The position numbers and the translations under genes are program-made. Source: Mustelus asterias (taxonomy: Eukaryota). Taken from it: a stretch of 64,000 bases of DNA. The stretch spans positions 1-64,000 of the forward strand of contig NW_027590302.1 in the NCBI RefSeq assembly GCF_964213995.1, written 5' to 3'. The notes under the pieces are model-generated. The model did not search any database, was not told the DNA's origin, and saw nothing but the letters and a program-made list of their open reading frames with translations. This document shows, one piece after another, positions 51,530-64,000 of this stretch; the first letter of the stretch is position 1; every line of letters begins with the position of its first letter.

Positions 51530-51572
51530 AGAGCTCTGACGAAGGGTCATCTCGACTTGAAACATTGGCTCT
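51530..51572 (+). ncRNA. Minimal hammerhead motif, second family
   Basis: AGAGCT-CTGACGA-A-GGGTC-ATCTC-GACTT-GAAA-CAT-T-GGCTCT. Confidence 0.6.
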
Positions 51573-51719
51573 ATTCTCTCCCCACAGATGCTGTCAGATC
51601 TGCTGAGATTTTCCAGCATTTTCTGTTTTTGTTTCAGATTACAGCATCAACAATATTTTGCTTTTAAAATAAATGGAAATTGGTGAAATGGGTGAAGGTG
51701 AAGGGGAGAGTTCATGCTC

Positions 51720-53372
51720 GTGAATTGTCAGAGATGGACCTTCACATGGTCCATCTCTGAGACTTCTCTTCCCCCTCCTTGACATTTCTGACTCCATTTC
51801 TGGTAGTCATGATGTGGAGATGCCGGCGTTGGACTGGCGTAGGTACAGTAAGAAGTCTCACAACACCAGGTTAAGGTCTGAGTGACTCACCTGATGAAGG
51901 AGCAGTGCCCCAAAAGCTCGTGATACCAAATAAACCTGTTGGACTTTAACCTGGTGTTCTGAGACTCTTTACTGTGTCAATTTCTGGTGATAATATCACT
52001 GGTATCTATTACAAGCACACCGACACCTACAACTACCTTGACTACAGTTCTTCACACCCCATATCCTTAAAGGACTCCATCTCATTCTCTCAGTTCCTTC
52101 ACCTCCGCCACATCTGTCCTGATAATGCCATTTTCCAAAATAGTGTTGCCCATGTCTTTCTTTTGCCAATTGTGGTTTTTCACCTACTGTGGTTGACAGG
52201 ACACTTGACCATGACCGACCCATTCCCCAGGCCACTGCTGTTACCCCCTCCTCTCCCTCCCAGAACCAGAATAGGCTTCCCCATGTCCTCACTTTTCACC
52301 CCACCAGCCTCCGCATTCAAAGGATCATCCTCTGCCATTTCTGCCAACTCCAGCATGATGCCACTACTCATCACACCTTCCCCTCACCCCTTCTCCCCCC
52401 CCCCCCCCCCCCCGCCACCTCCACCCTCCTCAGCAAGAACTCACAAGGACCGTTCTCTCTGGGACACCCTGGTCCATTCCTCCATCACACCCACCATCTC
52501 ACCCCCTGTCCATGGAGCCTTCCCATCTTCCCATGCAATCGTTGAAGGTGCAACACCTACCCTTTTACCTCCTCCCTGCTCACTGTCCCAGGTCCCAAAC
52601 ACCATTTCAGGTGAAGCAGCGTTTCACAGACATCTCCTTCAATCTGGTCTATTGCATTCGCTGCTCCCAATGTGGTCGACTCCACACTGGAGAGACCAAA
52701 TGCAGACTGGGTGTCTGTTTTGCTGAACACCATCCACAAGCAAAACCCAGACCTTCCTGTCAGTTCAACACACCACCCTACTCTCCTGTCCACATGTCGG
52801 TCCTTGCAATGTTCTAGTGAACCCCGATGCAAACTGGTGGAACAGCACCTCATCTTCCAATTGGACACTTTACAGCCTGAACATTTACAGGACTGAACAT
52901 TGAATTCAACATTCACAGCGTGAACTCTCTCCTTCACCTACACTCCATTTATTTCATTTAATTCTGATTCTTCTTTTTGTCTTATTCATCCATTTTATCA
53001 TCCTTCTTTCTCACTTCCATGTTTCCAGTTCTCCATTCTTGCTTTCTGCCTTGTCCACCCCTACCCGCCATTCAGCGCAACTGTTTCTGCCTTGTCCACC
53101 CCCTAACCACTCCCCCTCCCCCCACCCACCCACATTCAGGGCAACTGCCTTAAACATCTGTACTACTGTTCTGCCATTCACATATTCTGATCGCTTCATG
53201 GACACTTTTAACACCTCTCCCAGCTCTCTTCATACATAAAAAGCAAATTGTTGCAGATGCTGGAATCTGAAACCAAAAGAGAAAATGCTGGAAAATCTCA
53301 GCAGGTCTGGCAGCATCTGTGAGGAGAGAAAAGAGCTGATGTTTCGAGTCCAGATGACCCTTTGTCAAAGCT
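51720..53372 (+). mobile_element. Second Penelope-like element, decayed (RT thumb + GIY-YIG), with a family-1 mini-element nested at ~51810-51975
   Basis: YYKHTDTYNYLDYSSSHP..SFSQFLHLRHIC; FNLVYCIRCSQCGRLHTGETKCRL. Confidence 0.82.
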
Positions 53373-53535
53373 GGCAGGGTCTTCATCCTCATTCATCCTC
53401 TCTCCCCCCTGTCTGTTAGACATGCACACGCTCCACTTTCTGGTGAACACACACTGACTCTCTGCTTCAAGCTTTACTCTTTGTACCAATTCACACTCTG
53501 ACTCCTTTTACAATTACTCATTGTTCCCAATAGGC

Positions 53536-54185
53536 TCCATTCCCTCTGACTCCATCCCCCTGAACTCAGAGCATCACCCCAGGGATCCTTCCTCCCTGCT
53601 CCATCCCCCTGAACATCATCCCAGGGACCCTCTCTCCCTGCTCCATTCCCTCTGACTCCATCCCCCTGAACTCACTGAGCATCACCCCAGGGATCCTCTC
53701 TCCCTGCTCCATTCCCTCTGACTCCATCCCCCTGAACTCACTGAGCATCACCCCAGGGATCCTTCCCCCCTGCTCCATCCCCCTGAACATCACCCCAGGG
53801 ATCCTTCCCCCCTGCTCCATTCCCTCTGACTCCATCCCCCTGAACTCACTGAGCATCACCCCAGGGACCCTTCCCCCCTGCTCCATTCCCTCTGACTCCA
53901 TCCCCCTGAACTCACTGAGCATCACCCCAGGGATCCTTCCCCCCTGCTCCATTCCCTCTGACTCCATCCCCCTGAACTCACTGAGCATCACCCCAGGGAC
54001 CCTTCCCCCCTGCTCCATTCCCTCTGACTCCATCCCCCTGAACTCACTGAACATCCCCCCAGGGATCCTTCCCCCCTGCCCCATTCCCTCTGACTCCATC
54101 CCCCTGAACTCACTGAGCATCACCCCAGGGATCCTCTCTCCCGGCTCCATTCCCTCTGCCAGCATTCCCCTGAACTCACTGAACA
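53536..54185. repeat. Minisatellite, 66-bp unit with 42-bp deletion variants
   Basis: CTCCATTCCCTCTGACTCCATCCCCCTGAACTCACTGAGCATCACCCCAGGGATCCTTCCCCCCTG repeated ~10 times. Confidence 0.95.
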
Positions 54186-56019
54186 GAAGGAGCAATCCCA
54201 GAGTAACTGTTGGGAATGGAGACAGGGAATGTTCCAGGTTTGTGTATTTTTAGTTATCCTGGTGTCAGAACACACACACACATCAATAAAAGAGGGCATT
54301 CCTGCAAACACACTGCAGCTCCTCATGTCTGTTGTATAATTGTCCCAGGCTCCTGTGAATTCCTTCAACTAGTATGTAATGTAGACTTGAATTGATTTAT
54401 TTTAAAACGGTTTATTTTAAACATATTAACACAGGCCTGAAAGTTGTAGACTCAGGACTGTCACACAAATGCTCTCAATCTGATGGTGTGGTGGTATTGT
54501 CACTGGGCTAGTCACCCAGAGTCCGAGGGTAATGCTCTGGGGAGCCAGCTTCCAATCACACCACAGCAAATGGTGAAATCTGAATTCAATGAAAATCTGG
54601 AATTAAAGGTCTAGCGATGACCATGAACCCATTGCTGTTCAAACCCATTTGGTTCACCGATGTTCACTGATGCCCTTTAGGGAAGGAATTTATACGACTC
54701 CAGAATAAGACCAGAGGATGCTGGAAAAACTCAGCAGGTCTGGCAGCATCTGTAAGTCTTTCATGTGGCTCCAGGTCCACACAATGTGGTTGACTCTGGA
54801 ATGGTCCAGCAAGCAAGCCACTCAGTTCAAGGGCAGTTAGGGATAAGCCACAAGCAATGAATTAAAAATAATCTTCACAAAATGTTGACCAGTCATTTTC
54901 AGTCTGGAAATTTAAACCTGCTGTTTCAGGAACAGATCCCAGATTTAAACCAATCGTTGATTTAACAGCACACTGCCAGCATTCACCGCTGTTCTTCCCA
55001 ACTCTAAAACACAGTTGTAAAGGAGTCTTTGTTCCATGTCTTAGAATCCTACAATGCAGAAGGAGGCCATTCGGTCCATCGAATCTGCACTGACCACAAT
55101 CCCACCCAGGCCCTATCCCCATAACGCCATGAATTTATCTTGGCTAGTGCCCCGACACTAAGGGGCAATTTATCACGGCCAATTCACCTAACCCTCACAT
55201 CTTTGGACTGTGGGAGGAAACCGGAGCACCCGGAGGAAACCCACGTAGACACGGGGAAAATGTGCAAACTCCACACAGACAGTGACCCAAGCTGGAAATT
55301 GAACCCGGGTCCCTGGCGCTGTGAGGCAGCAGTGCTAACCACTAAAGCTCTGAACCATGGAAGAGAGTGGTTGGGATACATTTCTTACACACCTCAGGAA
55401 TATCCCACACATTTTGTCTTGAATGTGATTAACAGCAGCAATAACTGCAGAATGCAGCTCCTGAAGACACATGAACTCATTGAGGTGTTAGTAGATGAGG
55501 TAGGCAGCACGGTGGCACAGTGGTTAGCACTGCTGCCTCACAGCACCAGCGACCAGGGTTCAATTCCGACCTCAGGGGACTGTCTTTGTCGAATTTGTCC
55601 ATTCTCCCATGTCTGCGTGGGTTTCCTTCGGGTGCTCCGGTTTCCCACAGTCCAAAGATGAGTAGGTCGGGTGGATTGACCACGGTAAAGACAGTTTGGC
55701 CCGGTGGGCTTGTGGAAGGGAGGGAAGCAGCAGAAACAGCTGATCAGATTGTCTCAAGCTTAATGACAAAGAAGCTCCATGAACTCCTCGCTTGTTGCTG
55801 GAGGTGAGGATGGAGGAGACAAGGGCAAGGGAGAGACCTTCAGTAGGAATTGATCTATGTTCGAGATATTAAAAAGATTCAACACAAATCTGATTGATTT
55901 AACATTTATCTGGAATATTAACTCAGCTGAGATGGAGTTTATGAACATCAGCAGAAACAGAGCCCAATCGACATGCTTCATTTCTGGATGTAAATAATGG
56001 CAAAATCCAATCACTGTTG

Positions 56020-57281
56020 TCATTTATGAACTCGCTGGTGTGTCAGCAGATTGGATGAAGAAGCAAATCCCTTCCCACAGACAGAGCAGGTGAATGGCCT
56101 CTCCCCAGTGTGAGTGCGCCGGTGCACAGTGAGATGAGATAATTCTCTGAACCTAGTCCCACAGTCAGAGCACCTGAACGGTCTCTCCCCAGTGTGAACA
56201 CGTTGATGACGTATCAGTTCCCCTGAACTTTTATAGCATTTCCCACAGTCCGGGCATTTAAACGGTCTCTCCTCAGTGTGAGTGCGCTGGTGTGAAGTGA
56301 GGGCAGATGATGTCTTGAACCCAGTCTTACAGTGAGAACACCTGAACGGTCTCTCATCAGTGTGAACACGTTGATGGCGCATCAGTTCCCCAGAACTTTT
56401 ATAGCTCTTCCCACAGTCTGGACATTTAAATGGTCTCTCAGTAGTGTGAACTTGCTGGTGTTTCAGCAGGGTCGATAACTGAGTGAATCCTCTTCCACAT
56501 TTGGAGCAGATGTAAGGTTTCTCGTGAGTGTGAACTCGCTGGTGTCTCTGCAGGGTACATGAATGAGCGAACCCTTCCCACACTGAGAGCAAGTGAATGG
56601 CCTCTCCGCAGTGTGAGTGCGCTGGTGTACAGACAGGTTACTCAATTGTCTGAATGCAGTGCCACACTGAGAGCATCTGAAAGGTTTCTCATCAGTGTGA
56701 GTGCGTTGGTGTTTAGTTAGGGCAGAGGATGTCTTGAACCCACTCCCGCAGTGAGAGCACCTGAATGGTCTCGCATCAGTGTGAACACGTTGATGGGACA
56801 AAAGTTCCCCAGAACTTTTATAGCACTTCCCACAGTCTGAGCATTTAAAAGGTTTCTCTTCAGTGTGAACTCGCTGGTGCATCAGCAGGTTAGACGACCT
56901 TGAGAATCTCTTCCCACACTCGGAGCAGATGAATGGCTTCTCCCCGGTGTGAACTTGTTGGCGTTTCATTGCACACTCAGAGGAGGCCAATGGCCTCTCC
57001 CCACTGTGAACTCGCTGGTGTCTCAGCAAGTTGGTTAACTGAATGAATCCCTTCCCACAGTCAGAGCAGGTGAATGGCTTCTCCCCAGTGTGACAGCGGC
57101 AATGCTTTTCAAGGTGAGATGGGGATCTGAATCCCTTCCCACAATCCTCACATTTCCACGGTTTCTTCCTGGTGTGACTGCGCTTGTGTTTCGACAGGTC
57201 AGATGATTGGTTGAAGCCTCGTCCACACACAGAACACACGTACGGTTTCTCTCCGCTGTGAATGGTGCTTTTTTCTTCCAT
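56020..57281 (-). CDS. Tandem C2H2 zinc-finger gene ZNF-D with a single 1-nt frameshift near 56570 (pseudogene or assembly error)
   Basis: Overlapping ORFs 56463-57287 and 56020-56592 join at CGKG/FAHS; otherwise no stops. Confidence 0.8.
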
Positions 57282-57957
57282 GTTCAAAATCCGATGATAT
57301 TCACGTTGTGATAAGTTGTGCGACTGCCAGGTCCGGATGTGATGTATGGTTTGAATTTCCTGACTGCAAGTCCTCCTAAAACCTGTGAAATTGATTTAAA
57401 ACAGAAACAAGGGAGTGAGAGATAACCCACAAAAACACAAAGGCAGGTTGTGAAATTGAGCTGAATAAATCTGGTAATTTATGGGGACAGCATGAAGGAA
57501 AAAGTGACCATGAAAGCTGCTGGATTTTTGTAAAAACGCAACCGGTACATTAATGTCCTTCAGGGAAAGGAACCTGCCACTCAGTCTGGGTCTGCACAAA
57601 ACACTGACCTTTAAATGAGGGAGTGGCACGGTGGCACTGCTGCCTCACAGCAGCAGGGACATGGATTCGATTCCCGGCGTGGGTCACTGTCAGCGTGGAG
57701 TTTGTACATTTTCCTCCTAGACATCTGTATGGGTTTCCTCCGGGTGCTCCTGTTATCTCCCACAGGTTAGGTGGATTGACCATGTTAAATTGCCCTTTCG
57801 TGTCAGGGGGACTAGCTAGGGTAAATGCATGGGGTTAAGGGGATGGGGCCTGGGTGGGATTGTGGTCGGTGCAGACTCGATGGGCCGAATGGCCTCTTTC
57901 TGCGCTGTTGGGATTCTGTGAAAATCACAACATTCTCTCCTCCTGCTGACAGGGAGC

Positions 57958-58260
57958 ACCGCGCATGCGCATTACTGCGCATCGCCCCAGGAAAGATGGC
58001 GGCCGTTTATCCATGCTTGTCTCTGCAGAAGTAGAATGGCTCTGGACAAACCCGGGACTGGCCCAGGACCTTCGTGTTTGAGGTTTGAATTCACGAAGTG
58101 TTCATGAAACCTTACCGCCCTCCCTTTGCGCCCATCGCTCCCTCAGACACGCCGCTTCCTTACCCGCCACGGAGACAAGAAACAACAACTTCAACTCCAC
58201 AGCACTCCCTCTGCGCATGCTCAGAACACGGTCACTACTGCGCCTGCGCGGTCGTGATTG
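57958..58260 (-). promoter_or_regulatory. Putative ZNF-D promoter/first exon
   Basis: GCGCATGCGC (NRF1), AAGATGGCGGC (YY1), further TGCGCATGC/TGCGCCTGCGC; candidate GTAAGG donor ~58115. Confidence 0.6.
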
Positions 58261-61159
58261 CCTGGATCGGAGGCATTCCTCGTCGCTTGGGACGCTGGGT
58301 AAACGCCCTGCCATTGAATAGAACAAATGGTTTGTCGTGATTTCTTTGTTGTTATCGCGTGCAAGCTGGGGCTGAAGGGCCAATAATAAAACTAGGATAC
58401 ATATCATATAGAGACCTGATTGCACAGACCATTATCTCAATTCAGAGAAGGAAATTGGAATTGTTCAGAAATCGAAAGTCACCTGAAGGTAGAAATAAGA
58501 ACAGAAACCCTCTCCTACAGTCATATGTGAACTCACTGGTATCTCAGTAGCACATGAATATCAGGAATACTGCAATTAATTATGAAGATGTACAATGTGA
58601 ACGGTGACTGTTAGATAAAGTGCAATGTTCTAACACATTGGAGCAGCTATGGTCAATGCGAGGGGAATATTGGATCACAGTGTCACAACAACATTATGCT
58701 CTGTCTCCTTGTAGCCTGTCTCAGAATTTCCTTCAATAACTAGGCCATTAGTGTGACAGGATTTAGCATCTATGATCTGCCAAAATTACAAGAGGAAAGT
58801 TAGTGACTGCAATTATCCCAGAATTAAATTATATATTGCATACTATCTCCAAATGGGGCTCATAACACAATTTATTTTATTTATTAGTGTCACAACTGGG
58901 CTTACATTAACACTGCAATGAAGTTCCTTTGAAAATCCCCTCATCGCCACACTCCAGCATCTGTTCAGGTACGCTGAGGGAGAATTTAGCATGGCCAATG
59001 CACCCAACCAGCACGTCTTTGGACTGTGGCAGGAAACCAGAGCACCAAGAAGGAAAACACACACAGACACTGGCAGAACAGGCATATTCTGCAAAGACAG
59101 TGCCCCAAGCCAGGAATCAAACCTGGGTCACTGGCGCTGTGAGGCAGTAGTGCTAACCACTGTGCTGCCCTTAGAATCTCAATTATTTCGGAAATTGATT
59201 TTATGCCATTGATTTTACTGAAGGCTGTGGAAATAGTAATATCTAAATCCTGTACAGAAACAAGCAAGATGCAGCTACTTTTTACACATTAGCTTTGCAT
59301 ATTTCCCTCAATGAGTGGGGTATTTTGAAATTTTGAGGTTTACTTCACAAGGTGTTAAGATTAGCACACATGGATTTTTACTTCATGATATGTGGGTGTG
59401 GCTGGCAAAAGCCACACTCCAAAATGGTGGTGAGCCAACTTCTTGATCAGCTGCAGTCCATATGGTGTCAGTACACGCCCCACTTCTCTTTGGGAGGTGA
59501 TCCACGATTTCAATGCAGTGACAATGATGCAATGCAATATAATAGCAATATAATTCCAAGTCAGGATGGTGTGCAATTTGGAGGGGAACGTGAAGGCGGT
59601 GGAGTTCATACACACCTGCTGTCCATGATCTTTTAGGTTCAGAGTTCACAAGATTGGAAGGTGCAATTGGAGGAGCCTTGACTAATCACTGCAATAAATC
59701 TTGTAGTTGTGAGAAATGATCATTTGACTTCAAGTCCATTTCTTCTGCTCTTCTGCATGTCCATCTCATCATGGACTCTACCACACTCATTTAATTTCAT
59801 GAGGGACAATTCTGCACAAATACTCCCCAATTTCCAGAGATCAAAATCCAAACATATATCCAAATATATCGAGATATGTATCACTTCTCAGATTTCCACC
59901 ACACCGACATTACATTTTTCAGACAAACATTTCCATGCCTGACAGCAAATATATGATTGATCACCTCAGTCTATACACTGCATAGGTGGCAATGATCACT
60001 CAATGTTAATGTTTTGCTGTTGTATCTGTACCAAGCGTGGTTCAGTATAGATTTAAGGTTCAAATAAAGAGGTGGAATTGAATGGTCAAAACAACATCAT
60101 CTTTGGAGCATCATTTTTTCCTTGATTCCCTTGCAATTTTTGGCCCTTACATGAACACTTTAACTCCAAAATTAGTCAGGTTGGCAGGTGTTGTCTGCCC
60201 AAAAGGACATGAAGTATCCCTTGTGTGTTTATGTGTGGGAGTTGGTGTATACGTGAGCGTGTGAGTATTGAGGAATATAGCTGCGCGCATGTGCCTGTAT
60301 CTGTATGTGAGGAAAGGATGCTTCTATGTGAGACAGAGGGAGAGAGTGTTTGTGGATCTCTGTGTTTAGGTGTCAGTCTGTTCTGCTTTTCATTTACTGT
60401 AACATAAATCTTCCTCTCCAAGCAGACAATTTCCTGAAAATTCCATTGACTGATTTCAATTATACAATTAGGAGATTTGTCTTCAGGCTGAAACCACAAG
60501 CTGACTGTGTGTTATGTGAAACATGACATCTACACAGGTCCCACTCTCCCAAAGCAACATAAAGTGTCTGCTACTTCCCAGATCCCTTCCTTTCCCATCA
60601 TCTGCTTAAAACCACAAACAAAAAGGTCCATTTTTCTCGTGGAGTTTGAAAGAAAGCAGCTTTCATAATGATGCAGAGTCTCCGCCAATCTGGGCTCAGA
60701 TATTTCCCTCATTCACTCCGATTGAACCATAGAATCCCGACAGTGGAGAAAGAGGCCCTTCAGCCCATCTGGTCTGCACCGACTCGCCGAACCAGCATTC
60801 ACCCAGGCCGTTTCCTCTGTCCTATCTCCGCAACCCCACATATTCATCATGGTCAATCCATGAAATCCGTACATGTTTGAGCTGTGGGAGGAAACCGGAG
60901 GAAACCCACGTTAAATTCGGGGAGAACATGCAAACTCCACACCCGAGGCCAGAATTGAACCCGGGTCCCTGGCGCCATGAGGCAGCAACGGTAACCACTG
61001 TTCGGAGGACCAGCTGCTCCCGCTCGGTCCTCCAGCTCCGCCCCCTCATCCTATTGGTCCAGAGTTACCGTCAATCACTGCCCGGGCATTGTGATGTGGA
61101 GCATGCGCAGTGCCGCTGGGAGCTCAGGATTGAGGCGCTGGAAATTCTCATTGCATCAG

Positions 61160-62100
61160 AAACCGGCGGGTGGGGAATGAGGGGGGGATGGAGCCGGTGG
61201 GTGGGAATGGAGGGATACAAAAGAATGGTCTAGTTTGGACCAGGGAGCGGCATGGGCTTGGAGGGCCAAAGGGCCTGTTCCTGTGCTGTATTGTTCTTTG
61301 TTCTTTGGATGGATCCGGTGGGTGGGGAATGAGGGTGGGATGGAGCCGGCGGTGGGGGAAGAGGGGGGGATGGAGCCGGCGGTGGGGGAAGAGGGGGGGA
61401 TGGAGCCGGCGGGTGGGGAATGAGGGAGGGATGGAGCCGGCGGGTGGGGAATGAGGGGGGGGATGGAGCCGGCGGGTGGGGAATGAGGGGGGGGATGGAG
61501 CCGGCGAGTGGGGAATGGGGGGGATGGAGCCGGCGGGTGGGGAATGAGGGGGGGGATGGAGCCGGCGGGTGGGGAATGAGGGGGGGGATGGAGCCGGCGG
61601 GTGGGGAATGAGGGGGGGATGGAGCCGGCGGGTGGGGAATGAGGGGGGGATGGAGCCGGCGGGTGGGGAATGAGGGGGGGATGGAGCTGGCGAGTGGGGA
61701 ATGGGGGGGATGGAGCCGGCGGGTGGGGAATGAGGGAGGGATGGAGCTGGCGGGTGGGGAATGAGGGGGGGGATGGAGCCGGCGGGTGGGGAATGAGGGG
61801 GGGATGGAGCCGGCGGGTGGGGAATGAGGGAGGGATGGAGCCGGCGGGTGGGGAATGAGGGGGGGGATGGAGCCGGCGGGTGGGGAATGAGGGGGGGATG
61901 GAGCCGGCGGGTGGGGAATGAGGGAGGGACAGAGCCGGCGGGTGGGGAATGAGGGGGGGGAGACGGAGCCGGCGGGTGGGGAATGAGGGGGGGATGGAGC
62001 CGGCGGGTGGGGAATGAGGGGGGGATGGAGCCGGCGGGTGGGGAATGAGGGGGGGATGGAGCCGGCAGGTGGGGAATGAGGGGGGGATGGAGCCGGCCGG
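61160..62100. repeat. G-rich minisatellite, ~31-bp unit
   Basis: GATGGAGCCGGCGGGTGGGGAATGAGGGGGG repeated; CR1 tail fragment embedded at ~61215-61305. Confidence 0.95.
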
Positions 62101-62528
62101 TGGATGTCAGGCCCCAAGCCCCGAATACAAAGCTCGGGAGCGGGTTGTGAACCGGGGAAATCAGCTCGGGCTTTTCCCCAGAACAGGCCCAGATTCCCTC
62201 CATCGGGATCCTGTGCGGCCCGGAGCATGCGCACTGAGAAAGCCTCGGGCCTCCCGCCGCCACCCCGGCCCCCCCCCCTCCGATTGGTTGGAGGACCAAC
62301 CGCTCCCTGTTTTATTGGTCCGGACCTGCCGTCAATCACCCCGGGGCATTGTGAGGTGGGCGGGGAGGATTCACAAACACCCGCTGGAGGCCCCAACACC
62401 CCCAATAAGACCCATTGGTTTTATTGTCAGTCTGCAGACGGAGCTGGAGAACTGAACCCAGACAGAGGAGAGGGAGGGAGAAAACTGGGAGTGGAGGAAA
62501 GAAATGGGGAGATGGGTTTGGATTTCAG

Positions 62529-62692
62529 GATGTGGAGATGCCGGCGTTGGACTGGGGTAAACACAGTAAGAGTTTTAACAACACCACGTTAAAATCCAAC
62601 AGGTTTATTTGGTGGCAAATGCCATTAGCTTTCGGAGCGCTGCTCCTTCGTAAGATGGAGTGGAAATTTCCTGGTGTTGTTAAAAGTCTTAC
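62529..62692 (-). mobile_element. Mini-Penelope element with mutated hammerhead core
   Basis: TSD TTTGGATTTCAG (62517-62528, 62693-62704); core CTTACGA..GAAAGCTA. Confidence 0.8.
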
Positions 62693-62841
62693 TTTGGATT
62701 TCAGCCCGGGGAGGAGGGAGAGTGTGTGGGACGAGATTTACAGATTTGGGGGAACGAGAGAGGAAAAAATGTTCAGGAGAAACTGGAATTGTCTGTTCAA
62801 AATGGACTGTCAGTGATGACTTTTGTGAACTCCTTTTACAG

Positions 62842-64000
<1,159 letters not shown>

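Noticed and set aside
53536-54185. CRISPR-like regular repeats
   Set aside because: No unique spacers; vertebrate minisatellite.
61148-62405. 383-aa and 391-aa proline-rich ORFs
   Set aside because: Artefacts of a stop-poor C-rich minisatellite strand; unit length is not a constant multiple of 3.

Overview
Vertebrate DNA, almost certainly from a shark (HE1/V-SINE-type tRNA SINEs, Deu-domain SINEs, CR1 LINEs, shark-type TCR V genes). Left part (~0.7-22.7 kb): the edge of a T-cell receptor alpha/delta variable-gene array with nine recognisable V segments (leader exon, intron, V exon, ~23-bp-spacer RSS) in mixed orientation. Two + strand V genes look functional, one - strand V is an open ORF with a degenerate RSS, and six are pseudogenes; several are invisible in the ORF track. 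No D, J or C segment was found. Right part (~28-64 kb): five KRAB-less tandem C2H2 zinc-finger genes (two intact, one with a single frameshift, two disrupted), a truncated intron-containing EMC4 duplicate lying upstream of one ZNF gene, a tRNA-Val pseudogene and two minisatellites. Penelope-like (GIY-YIG) elements and their 70-190-nt derivatives are scattered throughout and carry minimal hammerhead-ribozyme motifs whose stem I covaries between copies. Transposon boundaries are approximate.
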